64,000 nt of DNA from a virus, in IMG/VR virus record IMGVR_UViG_3300044912_000678, positions 1 through 64,000 of that record. One strand, given 5' to 3'. Positions 17,867 to 27,424 of the stretch are shown one piece after another. Within the stretch, counting starts at the first letter, position 1. Each line of letters opens with the position of its first letter. The notes beneath the pieces were generated by a model that was given only the letters and a program-made list of their open reading frames with translations, made no database searches and was not told the origin of the DNA. Made by a program: the position numbers and the translations under genes.

Positions 17867-19204
17867 CTAAGGACTTGGCGGAACCATAGTTTTGATAATT
17901 TTAGATAAATTTTGAATTCTACTTAGAGCATTCGGATTTTCCATAACCATCTGAAACTCTTTAGTTTTCATAATTTTTTCTTGAATGTCTTTAGGTAATT
18001 TTCTGATTGATCCAACCACACTAAGTTTTCCTTTAGTTGTTTTTTCTGGATAATTTTTCAAAAACTCTTCTGGTGTTGGTTTCGCTGTTGGTTCTGGTGG
18101 TGGCGTTTCTTCCGCTTCTGCTGGTGGTGCTTCTCCTGCTGGTTTAGATCCAGATTCTGCTGGTGCTTTAGATGTGGCTACATTTCTTAAATTTGCATTC
18201 AGATCTGCAATTTGTTTTGAAAGTTCTTTATAATTTGCAGCATCAAGTTTACCAGAAAAATCAGTTAGATGTTTTATAGCATCTTCAATTGATTTTATAT
18301 CATATTGATCGTATTTTTCATCTCTACTGCCTTTGTAGCCTTTTGTGAAAGCATCCCAAACACTTCCTTCTCCGCCACCCATAAAGCGATCAAAGCCTCC
18401 AGCCAAACCACCTTTTAATCCAGCCCATGCTCCGCCAAGCCAATTTGCCTCATCTAGAACATATTCGTTAGCAATCCATTGTGCGAACAATTTTGAATTA
18501 AAGCCTCTTCCTTCTACAAGAAAACAAAGATTTTTAATCCTAGTTTCCATTAATTTTATATCTATGGGATTAATTTTTCCATGATGAGAAGATTCATAAT
18601 TAAACTGGTCTGGACTTGATGCTCTATCGGTGGCAGCACCAGCAGCACGAGCTTTAGAAGCAGCGTCAACAGTTGGTGGTCCGCCAGCCATTGGCTTCAT
18701 TGGCTTTGCACCAGCTTGTGGTGGTATTGGTGGTGGTTGAGTTGCCACTGGTGTATTTTTCAAGGTTTTTAATATGCCGTACAATGAGTCTTGAATATCT
18801 TTTTGAGCAAGTCGAGAATTTTGCCTATTACTTTTCTTTATAAGGTCATTTATTTTTTCTACTGCTTGATTGCTTGCCACAACCAAAGGGTCTTGATTAG
18901 ATCCAGATCCTGCCATCATTTTATTGCCAGCATTTTGCATAAAATTGCCAACAGCACCTTGAACTTTATTTGCAGCACCTTGCATAAAATTGCCAACATT
19001 TTGAAAAAATCCTTGTTCATTAACCTTAAGTTCGGTAACGACCCATTTTTCGGCTTTATCTGCTATATGATCGGTTTCTGAATGAATATCGAGCCATTCA
19101 ACAAATGATTCTGGACTAATACCTCTGATGATCATTTCTCGAAAACATTCTAATGCCAATTTTTCAGTTTTTTTTAATTCCAAAGATTCTTTAAAGCTGA
19201 TCAT
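17867..19204 (-). CDS. Putative internal/ejection protein with CTS-like start and internal duplication
   Basis: MISFKESLE; two RG....F..W...[V/L]xE + Gly-rich amphipathic units, each followed by a Pro-rich linker. Confidence 0.55.
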   Translation of the reverse strand: MISFKESLELKKTEKLALECFREMIIRGISPESFVEWLDIHSETDHIADKAEKWVVTELKVNEQGFFQNVGNFMQGAANKVQGAVGNFMQNAGNKMMAGSGSNQDPLVVASNQAVEKINDLIKKSNRQNSRLAQKDIQDSLYGILKTLKNTPVATQPPPIPPQAGAKPMKPMAGGPPTVDAASKARAAGAATDRASSPDQFNYESSHHGKINPIDIKLMETRIKNLCFLVEGRGFNSKLFAQWIANEYVLDEANWLGGAWAGLKGGLAGGFDRFMGGGEGSVWDAFTKGYKGSRDEKYDQYDIKSIEDAIKHLTDFSGKLDAANYKELSKQIADLNANLRNVATSKAPAESGSKPAGEAPPAEAEETPPPEPTAKPTPEEFLKNYPEKTTKGKLSVVGSIRKLPKDIQEKIMKTKEFQMVMENPNALSRIQNLSKIIKTMVPPSP

Positions 19205-20028
19205 TTTCTTGTGCCTTTCACTTCAAAATCCCTCATCCATATCTGATAAATAAGTGTTTGAGGTTGTTTTTTATTTTCCTTATATATGAATGACAAAGCC
19301 CCTTCTGATTCATCATCCCAAGTTTTTATCCAATAAATTGGAGAAAAATAAGCTTGGTTATTTAAAAACAAAGAATCAGAGCCACGAATGGAACTTGTAA
19401 CTCCAATAACTTTATATCCATCCTTATAAAATAAAGGTCCGCCAGAATCTCCGAATATTGTATAACAATTCGATCTTAGAAATCCTTTAAGATTTTCTGG
19501 CTTTTTTGTATCGACAGATGTTATTGCTCCGAAATCAATGCGTATATCATCTCCAAGACCATATCCTATTTTAAATACATCTGTTCCAAAATATGGCTTA
19601 GAATTAAAGTCCATATCTGCACAAGGCATTTTTTTATCTGATTTAAATATCAAAATTGCCAAATCCATTTTCTTATTGATGTTGTAGATTAATGCCTGAT
19701 ATGTATCAAATTTCGTAAGGTTTGACCAATTGTCATAAACTCCGCAATGAACATCGATAGCCGATGCTACATTTTCGACATTATGTGCAGCTGTGACTAT
19801 AACATTTAGGTATTTTTTATCAATAAGTTGAGATTGAATTAATTCTGATTTGACGATAAATCCACTGGCTACTGCTTGTGGTGGTTTTTTCTTACAATCA
19901 TCGCAATCGCAATTGTTTTTACTATAACTTATCTTTATTGTAGGATATAAACTTTTCTCATGTAGTTTTTTATCTGGTTCTACACTAAATAACCATAAGG
20001 GAAATATCAAAAATATTAGATGTTTCAT
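19201..20028 (-). CDS. Trypsin-like (S1) serine protease with signal peptide
   Basis: VTAAH, DLAIL and GDSGGP catalytic triad motifs. Confidence 0.88.
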   Translation of the reverse strand: MKHLIFLIFPLWLFSVEPDKKLHEKSLYPTIKISYSKNNCDCDDCKKKPPQAVASGFIVKSELIQSQLIDKKYLNVIVTAAHNVENVASAIDVHCGVYDNWSNLTKFDTYQALIYNINKKMDLAILIFKSDKKMPCADMDFNSKPYFGTDVFKIGYGLGDDIRIDFGAITSVDTKKPENLKGFLRSNCYTIFGDSGGPLFYKDGYKVIGVTSSIRGSDSLFLNNQAYFSPIYWIKTWDDESEGALSFIYKENKKQPQTLIYQIWMRDFEVKGTRK

Positions 20029-20048
20029 TTTAAATCCTTGGAGGTATT

Positions 20049-20330
20049 ATGGATAGAAGCTTCCTATATGGCATAATAGTTCTGCTTTCTTTGACAGATA
20101 CTGTTATCTATATACAGAAAACAAACCCTAATCTTATAGAAAAATTTATGCCGTCTTCTGAAGATGGTAGTTGGCAATCAAAAGATCCGGGTTGGAATGT
20201 AAAGCCTGATATTGATAAAAAAGAAGAAAAAAAAGATGGTGCGAATGAAAAAAATAATTCAGTACCAGAAAGCGAAGATGAGCCTAAAGCAGACACAAAA
20301 AAAAGACATCACTTTAGATTCTTTAGGTGA
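20049..20330 (+). CDS. Small membrane-anchored protein
   Basis: N-terminal hydrophobic helix; GGAGG RBS. Confidence 0.55.
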   Translation: MDRSFLYGIIVLLSLTDTVIYIQKTNPNLIEKFMPSSEDGSWQSKDPGWNVKPDIDKKEEKKDGANEKNNSVPESEDEPKADTKKRHHFRFFR

Positions 20331-20355
20331 GGAAGTAATTCAAATTGCTAATAGC

Positions 20356-20390
20356 AAAAAGCCTCTCAGTTTGAGAGGCTTTTTTTGTTT
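20356..20390 (+). terminator. Rho-independent terminator
   Basis: aaaaagcctctca-gtt-tgagaggcttttt plus a T run. Confidence 0.85.
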
Positions 20391-20419
20391 TCTTTCTCTA
20401 TTAACTGGAGGACAAAAAT

Positions 20420-20677
20420 ATGGATGAAGTTAAAGGTTGTTATTTTTTCATTGAGGGAGAAAATGAGGACGACAAAATAATTCGCTGTATGTGCATGGAA
20501 TGTCACGACACGAATTTCAAAAAAGTTGGCTGGTTTTATAACGCCAAGCATGGATATGGTCCGTTTGATTATATTTGTGTCAAATGCAAAAAAGCAATTT
20601 ACAAACATACAGGAAATACCGATGAAAAAAATGAAACAGACAATAAAAAAAATGAAACCGATAGTGAAAAAAAGTGA
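20420..20677 (+). CDS. Small zinc-ribbon protein
   Basis: CMECH...CVKC; GGAGG RBS. Confidence 0.6.
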   Translation: MDEVKGCYFFIEGENEDDKIIRCMCMECHDTNFKKVGWFYNAKHGYGPFDYICVKCKKAIYKHTGNTDEKNETDNKKNETDSEKK

Positions 20678-21356
20678 TGATCAAAATATAACGGAATGGA
20701 TTATTGGTGAATTTCCAGAATCATATCAAAACATGATTTATATTGATGTAATGTGTAGAGATTTGAATATTATGTTGGCAAAGGAAAGATCAAAACTAGA
20801 AATATTGAATGATACTCACGAAGGAATTATTCAAGTTTATAGGGCAATTAGAGACGAAAATAAAGATTTTTCTAAGAAAATTTCAAATGTAAGATGTACA
20901 GAAACCACATTTCAAAAATACCTAGAAAATCAAAATTTAAAATTTGATGATTATTTAGACAAAGCCGTAAATGAATTTGTTTTGCGTAAATTAAGCAAAA
21001 GCGAAAACAAAGAGGTTTTTTCAAATAAAAAGGTTGAATGGAAAAAAGTTTTGCAAGAAGTTAATGAGCTTCATAAAAGATTGCAAGAAACCTTTATCAT
21101 GAATAAAGAAGCAATAGAAGTTGTACAGAAATTCAATCACAATGATAGCGTTCTTTATTATGCTTTGCCTACTGGTCATAAGGATCAATTTTACACTAAA
21201 TTAGCCAACACATTTAAAAACTTCAGCGGACATGCAATCATTTCTTGCTCGGATCATAAAATTTTTAAATTATTTTTTCCAGATTGGAAATTAAAAAGAA
21301 AAATGTTTCAGAAACTAAATAAGAAAAGAATTCAATACATTTGGAAGAACTATTGA
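20622..21356 (+). CDS. Dam-family (D12) DNA adenine methyltransferase-like protein lacking catalytic motifs
   Basis: WII..FP...Y.D, EILND....IIQVYRAIRD and A.EV...N..DS.LY are recognisable. FxGGG is replaced by MCRDL and DPPY by ALPT. Start is uncertain (20622 or 20652). Confidence 0.65.
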   Translation: MKKMKQTIKKMKPIVKKSDDQNITEWIIGEFPESYQNMIYIDVMCRDLNIMLAKERSKLEILNDTHEGIIQVYRAIRDENKDFSKKISNVRCTETTFQKYLENQNLKFDDYLDKAVNEFVLRKLSKSENKEVFSNKKVEWKKVLQEVNELHKRLQETFIMNKEAIEVVQKFNHNDSVLYYALPTGHKDQFYTKLANTFKNFSGHAIISCSDHKIFKLFFPDWKLKRKMFQKLNKKRIQYIWKNY

Positions 21357-21362
21357 GGTCAA

Positions 21363-21590
21363 ATGAGAAAATGTCAAATACATGAATGTAAAAATATAGC
21401 AAAAAAGTGCGTAAAAAAAGGCACAATTCGTAATGGGATGGCAAGCAGCAAAGATTTCTGGCATTGTGACGAACATGATTGTCACAATGTCGAAAAAGAA
21501 TTTAAAGATAAAAATATATCAATACAAATGAAAAACCCATTCTGTGATGTCAAATCGGCTATTAAAATCAGATCAAAGACGAATAAATAG
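21363..21590 (+). CDS. Small Cys/His-rich hypothetical protein
   Basis: CQIHEC...HCDEHDC. Confidence 0.55.
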   Translation: MRKCQIHECKNIAKKCVKKGTIRNGMASSKDFWHCDEHDCHNVEKEFKDKNISIQMKNPFCDVKSAIKIRSKTNK

Positions 21591-21593
21591 AAT

Positions 21594-21809
21594 ATGAGTC
21601 TTATTTCTTTCAGAGAATGGCTAGATAAAGAACAAATTGATTTGCCTCTTTTGGGTCAACCAAATAGCAATGCCGATGAAGTATTTGGTTTAACTGGCGT
21701 TAAAAGTAAATATGCCATGACAAACACGAAAAGTGGTCAAACTGATTTTAATCCAGATGAGAAGTTTTTTTGTGGTAAGAAAAAAAATAGAGGAAGGAAA
21801 AAAACTTGA
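21594..21809 (+). CDS. Small protein with CTS-like start
   Basis: MSLISFREWLDKE; ATAAATA immediately upstream. Confidence 0.6.
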   Translation: MSLISFREWLDKEQIDLPLLGQPNSNADEVFGLTGVKSKYAMTNTKSGQTDFNPDEKFFCGKKKNRGRKKT

Positions 21810-22087
21810 TTTTAGTTTCTTTTTGTTCATTGTTGGAAAATATGAGAAGAGAGCCATTAGGTTTGAACAACAAATCTATTGCGGTTATAGAAAAAGGCAT
21901 GGAACTAGATGAAAAGTTTTGGGATAATTTTCTTCAAATTTTAAACAATACAGATGGATTGGCTCAACTGTTAGATATATCAAGTTCCAAAATCTCAACA
22001 TGGCATGAAAAAATTAAAGATGCCATAAAAGAAAGAGATGAACTTAACAAGAATAAACCAGTTGGAAAAAACAACAAACTTATATAG
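21806..22087 (+). CDS. Hypothetical protein with possible HTH
   Basis: GLAQLLDISSSKISTW; TTG start overlaps the previous stop. Confidence 0.5.
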   Translation: MILVSFCSLLENMRREPLGLNNKSIAVIEKGMELDEKFWDNFLQILNNTDGLAQLLDISSSKISTWHEKIKDAIKERDELNKNKPVGKNNKLI

Positions 22088-22096
22088 GGGTGTATC

Positions 22097-22543
22097 ATGT
22101 CCTTGAAAAAATTTACTGAGTGGTGCGAGTTTAAAGAAATGGATGCAAATCAAATGACTATGGGTGGAACTACGCCAATGGCATCCGCACAAGCTCCTGC
22201 TCAACCCGCTGGCAACAAGCCGTTGGGAAATGTATCATCCACCCAATCCAATGCTTCTGAACAAGAATTGTCTAAATTAGCTTCAAATGTTGAAAGTAAA
22301 TATCAAAACTTTATTGGCGTTTTGCCTAAAAGCATGCCAAAAGCAGTGTGGGTGAACTTGTTGCATAATTTCGCAACAATTGCCAAGGAAAAAGCAGGAC
22401 TAAAAGATGACGAATTAAAAAGAATTATTCTTGGGCAACACGCCGTGACTCAAAAAATGATGAAGAATCATTCTGAACCACAAGTTGGAGGCGTTCCAGC
22501 TAATCAACCACAAGTTGGAAATCAACCGCAAATGGGTCAATAA
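22097..22543 (+). CDS. Gln/Pro-rich protein with CTS-like start
   Basis: MSLKKFTEWCEFKE. Confidence 0.6.
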   Translation: MSLKKFTEWCEFKEMDANQMTMGGTTPMASAQAPAQPAGNKPLGNVSSTQSNASEQELSKLASNVESKYQNFIGVLPKSMPKAVWVNLLHNFATIAKEKAGLKDDELKRIILGQHAVTQKMMKNHSEPQVGGVPANQPQVGNQPQMGQ

Positions 22544-22550
22544 TTTTTAA

Positions 22551-24254
22551 ATGATTTACAAAAAATATCAAAATGCAACAAAAGATGTAGTTGAAAAAAA
22601 AGGAATTATCAAAATAAATTACATGGAGGTAAAAACTCCATCATGGTTTAATTCATCTGAATTAAAAGATATAGATATTTCTATCATAGTTCCATGCTAT
22701 AAAAGCAAAGATTATATAATTGAACACATAAAATCTTGGGATTTAACAAATCATAATTTAAAAATAGAAATCATTTATGTTGATGACCATTGCCCTCAAA
22801 AAACACATCTTCAATGTGTCAAATCTTGGGAAGAAAGAAAATCAGAATTAAACAATCCTATTGGCAAATGTTTCCTAATATTGGGAAACAATTCTGGCTT
22901 TTCAAATGCTTGTAATACTGGAGCTAAAGAAGCTAGAGGTAAATATTTACTATTTTTAAATGCAGACACCATATTGACTAAAAATTGGCTACAGCCAATT
23001 TACAATTCTTTCAAAATTGATGAAAAAATAGGCATTGTTGGCAACATGCAATTATCAAAAAATGACTTTATTGACTCTTGTGGTTCTGAATGGAGTTGGA
23101 AAGATCATCTGTTTTTTCATATTGGAAGAAACATATATCAAAGCCAAGGAATTGAGCCATTTGAATTATCTTCTGCTCCTGCAGAAGTAATAAAGAGCAA
23201 AGAAGTGAAAATGATAAATGGTTCTTGTTTGATGATATCAAAAGAATTATTTGATAAAGTCTGTGGATTTGATAATGCATATAAAATCGGATATTGGGAA
23301 GATTCTGATTTATGCATGAAGGTCGTCATGGAAGGTTATAAAATTTGGTTTTGTGGAGAATCAAAAATTTATCATTTTGGAGGTCATAGTGGGCAAAGTA
23401 ACCACAAATACTCTTCGGAAAATAAAACTTTGTTTTATAATAAATGGATAAAAACAAAATTGTTGAATTGTCACCTTCAAGATTCTAATAAATTGAATGT
23501 TAATTCAAACAATTCGGTTGTATACACATCGATAACAAATAAATACGATTCTCTTAAAAACCACAAACAAAAAGACATTCCATATGTTGCGTTTCTTGAT
23601 GAATATATAAATAGTAAATATTGGAATATAAGATCAGCACATAAAGAATTTTCTGATCCGAATAGAAATGCAAAAATACACAAGATTCTTTCGCATGTTT
23701 ATTTTCCAGATAAAGAATTTAGTTTATGGGTTGATGGAAGCATAAAAATCAAGTTTCCTTGGAGTATGAAATCTTTATTTGAAACATATTTAAGTGATTG
23801 CGACATGGTTGTTTTTAAACACGGAGAAAGAGATTGTATTTATGAAGAAGCAAAAATTTGTTGTGAAAGAAATTTAGATGATATAAATACAATCACAAAA
23901 CAAATGGAAAGATATAAACGCTTTAAGGTAAATAAAAACAAAGGTCTTTCTGAGTGTTCGGTGATTTTAAGAAAACATAATGAAAAAGTAAAGTTATTCA
24001 ATGAAATTTGGTGGGAAGAAATCTGCCAAGGATCAAGGAGAGATCAACTTAGTTTTGATTACTCAGTCAAAAAAAGTGGTGTTAATTTAAAATACTTTCC
24101 GGGAAATCTTCCCAATAACAATTACTTTTTCAACAGAGAAATTCATGGCATACATACCGAAGATTCAAATTTCTGCGAAATAAAAGAAGTAATTACAGAA
24201 AGTATTTTCAGTAAGTTTAAAAAATCTATTAAAAGAATAACAAATGTTTTTTAA
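22551..24254 (+). CDS. GT2 glycosyltransferase fused to a DUF616-like glycosyltransferase domain
   Basis: ISIIVPCY, YVDD, GFSNACN.GA, FLNAD and WEDSDLC; then VYTSIT..YD, KIL.H.YF, WVDG, H..RDCIYEE and RDQLSF. Confidence 0.85.
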   Translation: MIYKKYQNATKDVVEKKGIIKINYMEVKTPSWFNSSELKDIDISIIVPCYKSKDYIIEHIKSWDLTNHNLKIEIIYVDDHCPQKTHLQCVKSWEERKSELNNPIGKCFLILGNNSGFSNACNTGAKEARGKYLLFLNADTILTKNWLQPIYNSFKIDEKIGIVGNMQLSKNDFIDSCGSEWSWKDHLFFHIGRNIYQSQGIEPFELSSAPAEVIKSKEVKMINGSCLMISKELFDKVCGFDNAYKIGYWEDSDLCMKVVMEGYKIWFCGESKIYHFGGHSGQSNHKYSSENKTLFYNKWIKTKLLNCHLQDSNKLNVNSNNSVVYTSITNKYDSLKNHKQKDIPYVAFLDEYINSKYWNIRSAHKEFSDPNRNAKIHKILSHVYFPDKEFSLWVDGSIKIKFPWSMKSLFETYLSDCDMVVFKHGERDCIYEEAKICCERNLDDINTITKQMERYKRFKVNKNKGLSECSVILRKHNEKVKLFNEIWWEEICQGSRRDQLSFDYSVKKSGVNLKYFPGNLPNNNYFFNREIHGIHTEDSNFCEIKEVITESIFSKFKKSIKRITNVF

Positions 24255-24963
24255 AAAATCAAATGTATCAATAATAATTCCAACCTGCAACAGATATGAT
24301 GTTGCCATGGAATCAATAACAGAAATTAAAAAACAAAAATATAAAAATTATGAGATAATTATTTGTGATGATAGCGATAAAGACTACTACATTAAAAACT
24401 TTTCATGTTATGAGAAAAAATTAAATTCATATAAAGTAAAGCACATATATGGTGCGAGATATGATATAAATGGAAAAAAAGATTATGGATTAGCAAGAAG
24501 TAGAAATCTTGGAATTATTGAATCTATAGGAGAATTTTTAATTTTTATAGATGATAGGTTTACATTCGCAGATGAATTTGTAATTGAAAAATTCGTCAAA
24601 GAGTTATCGAAAGACAAAGAAAAAGTTTGGATATTTGGAAACAAGGGTTGTTATAACATCATTGATGAAAATGGAAATTTAAAACAAATAGAACAACCAA
24701 AGACAACATTTGTTGAAAACTTTTCAGCAATTAGAAGAGAACACATTATAAATGCTGGTATGTTTTGCGAAAGAATAGACCAATATGGAGGCATGACAGA
24801 AGAGATAACACTTAGACTTAGCAAGCAAGGATTTAGATTTTTCTTTCATTCTGACATACAAGCAAAACAAATTTGTAAGAGTTCTGGTTGGGATAAAAAG
24901 CCAAAACAAATCACGGCAATGTCAAAAGTTATATATAAAATGCATAAATATAAAGCAACATAA
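24244..24963 (+). CDS. GT2 glycosyltransferase
   Basis: SIIIPTCNR, IICDD, LARSRNLG and FIDD motifs. Confidence 0.85.
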   Translation: MFFKKSNVSIIIPTCNRYDVAMESITEIKKQKYKNYEIIICDDSDKDYYIKNFSCYEKKLNSYKVKHIYGARYDINGKKDYGLARSRNLGIIESIGEFLIFIDDRFTFADEFVIEKFVKELSKDKEKVWIFGNKGCYNIIDENGNLKQIEQPKTTFVENFSAIRREHIINAGMFCERIDQYGGMTEEITLRLSKQGFRFFFHSDIQAKQICKSSGWDKKPKQITAMSKVIYKMHKYKAT

Positions 24964-24979
24964 CAATATATATTTTATT

Positions 24980-26080
24980 ATGAATAACAATAACGCTACA
25001 TTTTTCGGATTCTCCTCTTTCATGCGATTAGATGAAATTGACTGGGAAAATACATTTAGTGATGTTGGCAAGGTATGTCCAGACGCAAAAGAAGTTGTAA
25101 AATACTTAAATGATGTCAAAGGAAATGCAAATGCTGCCTATGGAGAAAGAAAAAAGTTCCCTATAAAATCACCATTTATACATTCAAAATCTAGTTTTTT
25201 TCAAAAAGGCGAATCAGAAGTAGATGTTGATGAATTTATTCAAAGAATAACAAAGCAGCCAAACAATATCATTAATACAAATGAAAAGATTTTAAAAAGT
25301 GGTGGTCCTCATGAATTTGTCTATAAGACAGGCATTCCAGCATTTAGAGGCATAGTTTACGATTTAGAAAATAAGAAGTTTTTTTTCGTAAATACTTGTC
25401 CCGGAGCAGGAGATTGTGTAGTTAAGTGTTATGCCAGAAAAGGCAATTATATTAGATATCCAAATTCATATGATAGCATGACACGAAGAATCAATTATTT
25501 ATTGAATTCTCCAGATAAATATGAAGAACAACTATATCAAGAATTAAAAGCAAAGTGCGAAGAACACGGAGCTAAACAAGGTTATAAACCAACAGTAGTT
25601 ATTCGATGGAATGACTCTGGTGATTTTTTTGGTGTGAAGTATGAAAATATTGCCACTGATGTTAAAAACAAGTTAACTAAAGAAGGCTATAAGATAAAAG
25701 CATATGCTTATACTAAAGTTGCTGAGACTGCGAAAAAAGGTAAAGTTGGTCTTGTGACTTTTTCGCAAGGAGCAAAAAGTTCAGAAACAGAAAAAGCCAA
25801 AAACATTGAGAGAAATTCTTATATCATACCAAAATCAATTTTTTCTAATTTAGATTTGATGAAAATAGAAGACGAAGATAAACTTAAATTGAATGTAATT
25901 TCTTATATGAAAAGTAAATTAAAAATAGATATTCCTTTTATGAATTTACTTAGTTACGATGAATTAAAGCAAATGCCAGAACAAGGAATTCCTAGATGGT
26001 ATGTCATAGTCACATCTGAAGACGGAGATGATGCAGCATTTCGTAAAGATGTAAAAGGCGTTTTACTTTTAGAACATTAG
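24980..26080 (+). CDS. GP88-like Cys-motif protein with CTS-like N-terminal extension
   Basis: TCPGAGDC...CYARKG, IRWNDSGDF and YAYTK; N-terminus FSSFMRLDE. Confidence 0.65.
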   Translation: MNNNNATFFGFSSFMRLDEIDWENTFSDVGKVCPDAKEVVKYLNDVKGNANAAYGERKKFPIKSPFIHSKSSFFQKGESEVDVDEFIQRITKQPNNIINTNEKILKSGGPHEFVYKTGIPAFRGIVYDLENKKFFFVNTCPGAGDCVVKCYARKGNYIRYPNSYDSMTRRINYLLNSPDKYEEQLYQELKAKCEEHGAKQGYKPTVVIRWNDSGDFFGVKYENIATDVKNKLTKEGYKIKAYAYTKVAETAKKGKVGLVTFSQGAKSSETEKAKNIERNSYIIPKSIFSNLDLMKIEDEDKLKLNVISYMKSKLKIDIPFMNLLSYDELKQMPEQGIPRWYVIVTSEDGDDAAFRKDVKGVLLLEH

Positions 26081-26937
26081 AGATTATGTAAAAACATTTC
26101 AATATAATCTGGTAAATCAAATTTTGGTTTCCAATTTAATTCTTTTTCTGAGAAAGAAGTATCTGCTAATGTTTCGTAAGCCTCTCCAATTCTTGATGGA
26201 ATATATTCAATCTTTGAAGGTTTAAACATATGTGCCACTTCATTTATTGAATAATTTTTACCTCTTCCTAAATTAAAAATTTTTCCATTCCAATTTTTTT
26301 CATGCATTTTTAATAGTCCGGAACAAACATCTCCAACATAAGTAAAATCTCTTCTTTGTTCGCCATTTCCAGTTATTGTTAAAGGTTTGTTTTTTATAAT
26401 TTGATTTTCAAATATGCCAATAACATTTGCAAATTCGCCATTTAAAATTTGTCTATTTCCATACACATTGAAGAATCTTGCAATTGCTATTGAAAGACTA
26501 TAAATACGATTGTACATAATGCAATTTTGTTCTGCGATATATTTAGAATGGGAATAAGGATTTGCATATATGTCATGCTCAACAGATGAAGAGCCAGCAA
26601 AAATAACTTTGCTTTTTCTCAATCTTGCATACTCCAACATATTGACAGTTCCAAGACAATTTACAAATAAAACTTCACTTGGATTTTTAAAACTTGGTGC
26701 AATTCTTGGCAGGGCAGCTAAATGATAAATAACTTGAGGATCATAACTCTTCAAAGCATTATTTGACTCCCAATTATCTTTAACATTAAAATTTACAAAA
26801 GAAGCTCTATGATTTATATTTTTTTTAATTCCAGTTGTCAAATTATCAACTACCAAAACATCATTATCTTGTTCGATTAAATAATCTATAAGATTACTTC
26901 CAATAAATCCTGCTCCTCCAGTAACTAAAATTTTCAC
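26077..26937 (-). CDS. NAD-dependent nucleotide-sugar epimerase/dehydratase
   Basis: TGGAGFIG, HLAA, YSHSK, RFFNVYG and RDFTYV motifs; GTG start. Confidence 0.9.
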   Translation of the reverse strand: MKILVTGGAGFIGSNLIDYLIEQDNDVLVVDNLTTGIKKNINHRASFVNFNVKDNWESNNALKSYDPQVIYHLAALPRIAPSFKNPSEVLFVNCLGTVNMLEYARLRKSKVIFAGSSSVEHDIYANPYSHSKYIAEQNCIMYNRIYSLSIAIARFFNVYGNRQILNGEFANVIGIFENQIIKNKPLTITGNGEQRRDFTYVGDVCSGLLKMHEKNWNGKIFNLGRGKNYSINEVAHMFKPSKIEYIPSRIGEAYETLADTSFSEKELNWKPKFDLPDYIEMFLHNL

Positions 26938-27001
26938 AGTTAAACCTCATTTGTAAATTGCCATTTAGACAACTATATAAATGATATGAAAGGGAAATAT
27001 T

Positions 27002-27424
27002 ATGATTAAAAAACAACTCACAACAGATGAAGTGCAAGAAGTAATTGAAGTAATAAAAAATTATATCATTGATTTAAAAAATCGTTGGGATTTAGAAAAA
27101 CCACCACATGCTAGTAAATTCGGCATATGTCGTGAATATCTGACAAAAGGAACATTGTTCATTTTGAAAGTAACAGATGAGATGATCCAATTCGTTGAAG
27201 GCATTATACCAAATGGAAAAGATAAAAAAGAAACTGTATTGTTGGTTGCTGGAAGTTTGTTTGATTACATCATTATATCTTCTTTGCCAATATGGTTGAA
27301 ACCTATGTCTGGATTGATTAGGAAGATTGCAATTGAGGTGTTATTTAGCGAAATGATTGAATTTATAGTGGAGAAATATAGCACTGGTTATTGGAAAGTA
27401 GAAAATGAAGAAAAAAAATCATAA
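27002..27424 (+). CDS. Hypothetical protein (holin-like GxxKK motif, tentative)
   Basis: NGKDKKETVL followed by a hydrophobic/amphipathic stretch. Confidence 0.45.
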   Translation: MIKKQLTTDEVQEVIEVIKNYIIDLKNRWDLEKPPHASKFGICREYLTKGTLFILKVTDEMIQFVEGIIPNGKDKKETVLLVAGSLFDYIIISSLPIWLKPMSGLIRKIAIEVLFSEMIEFIVEKYSTGYWKVENEEKKS

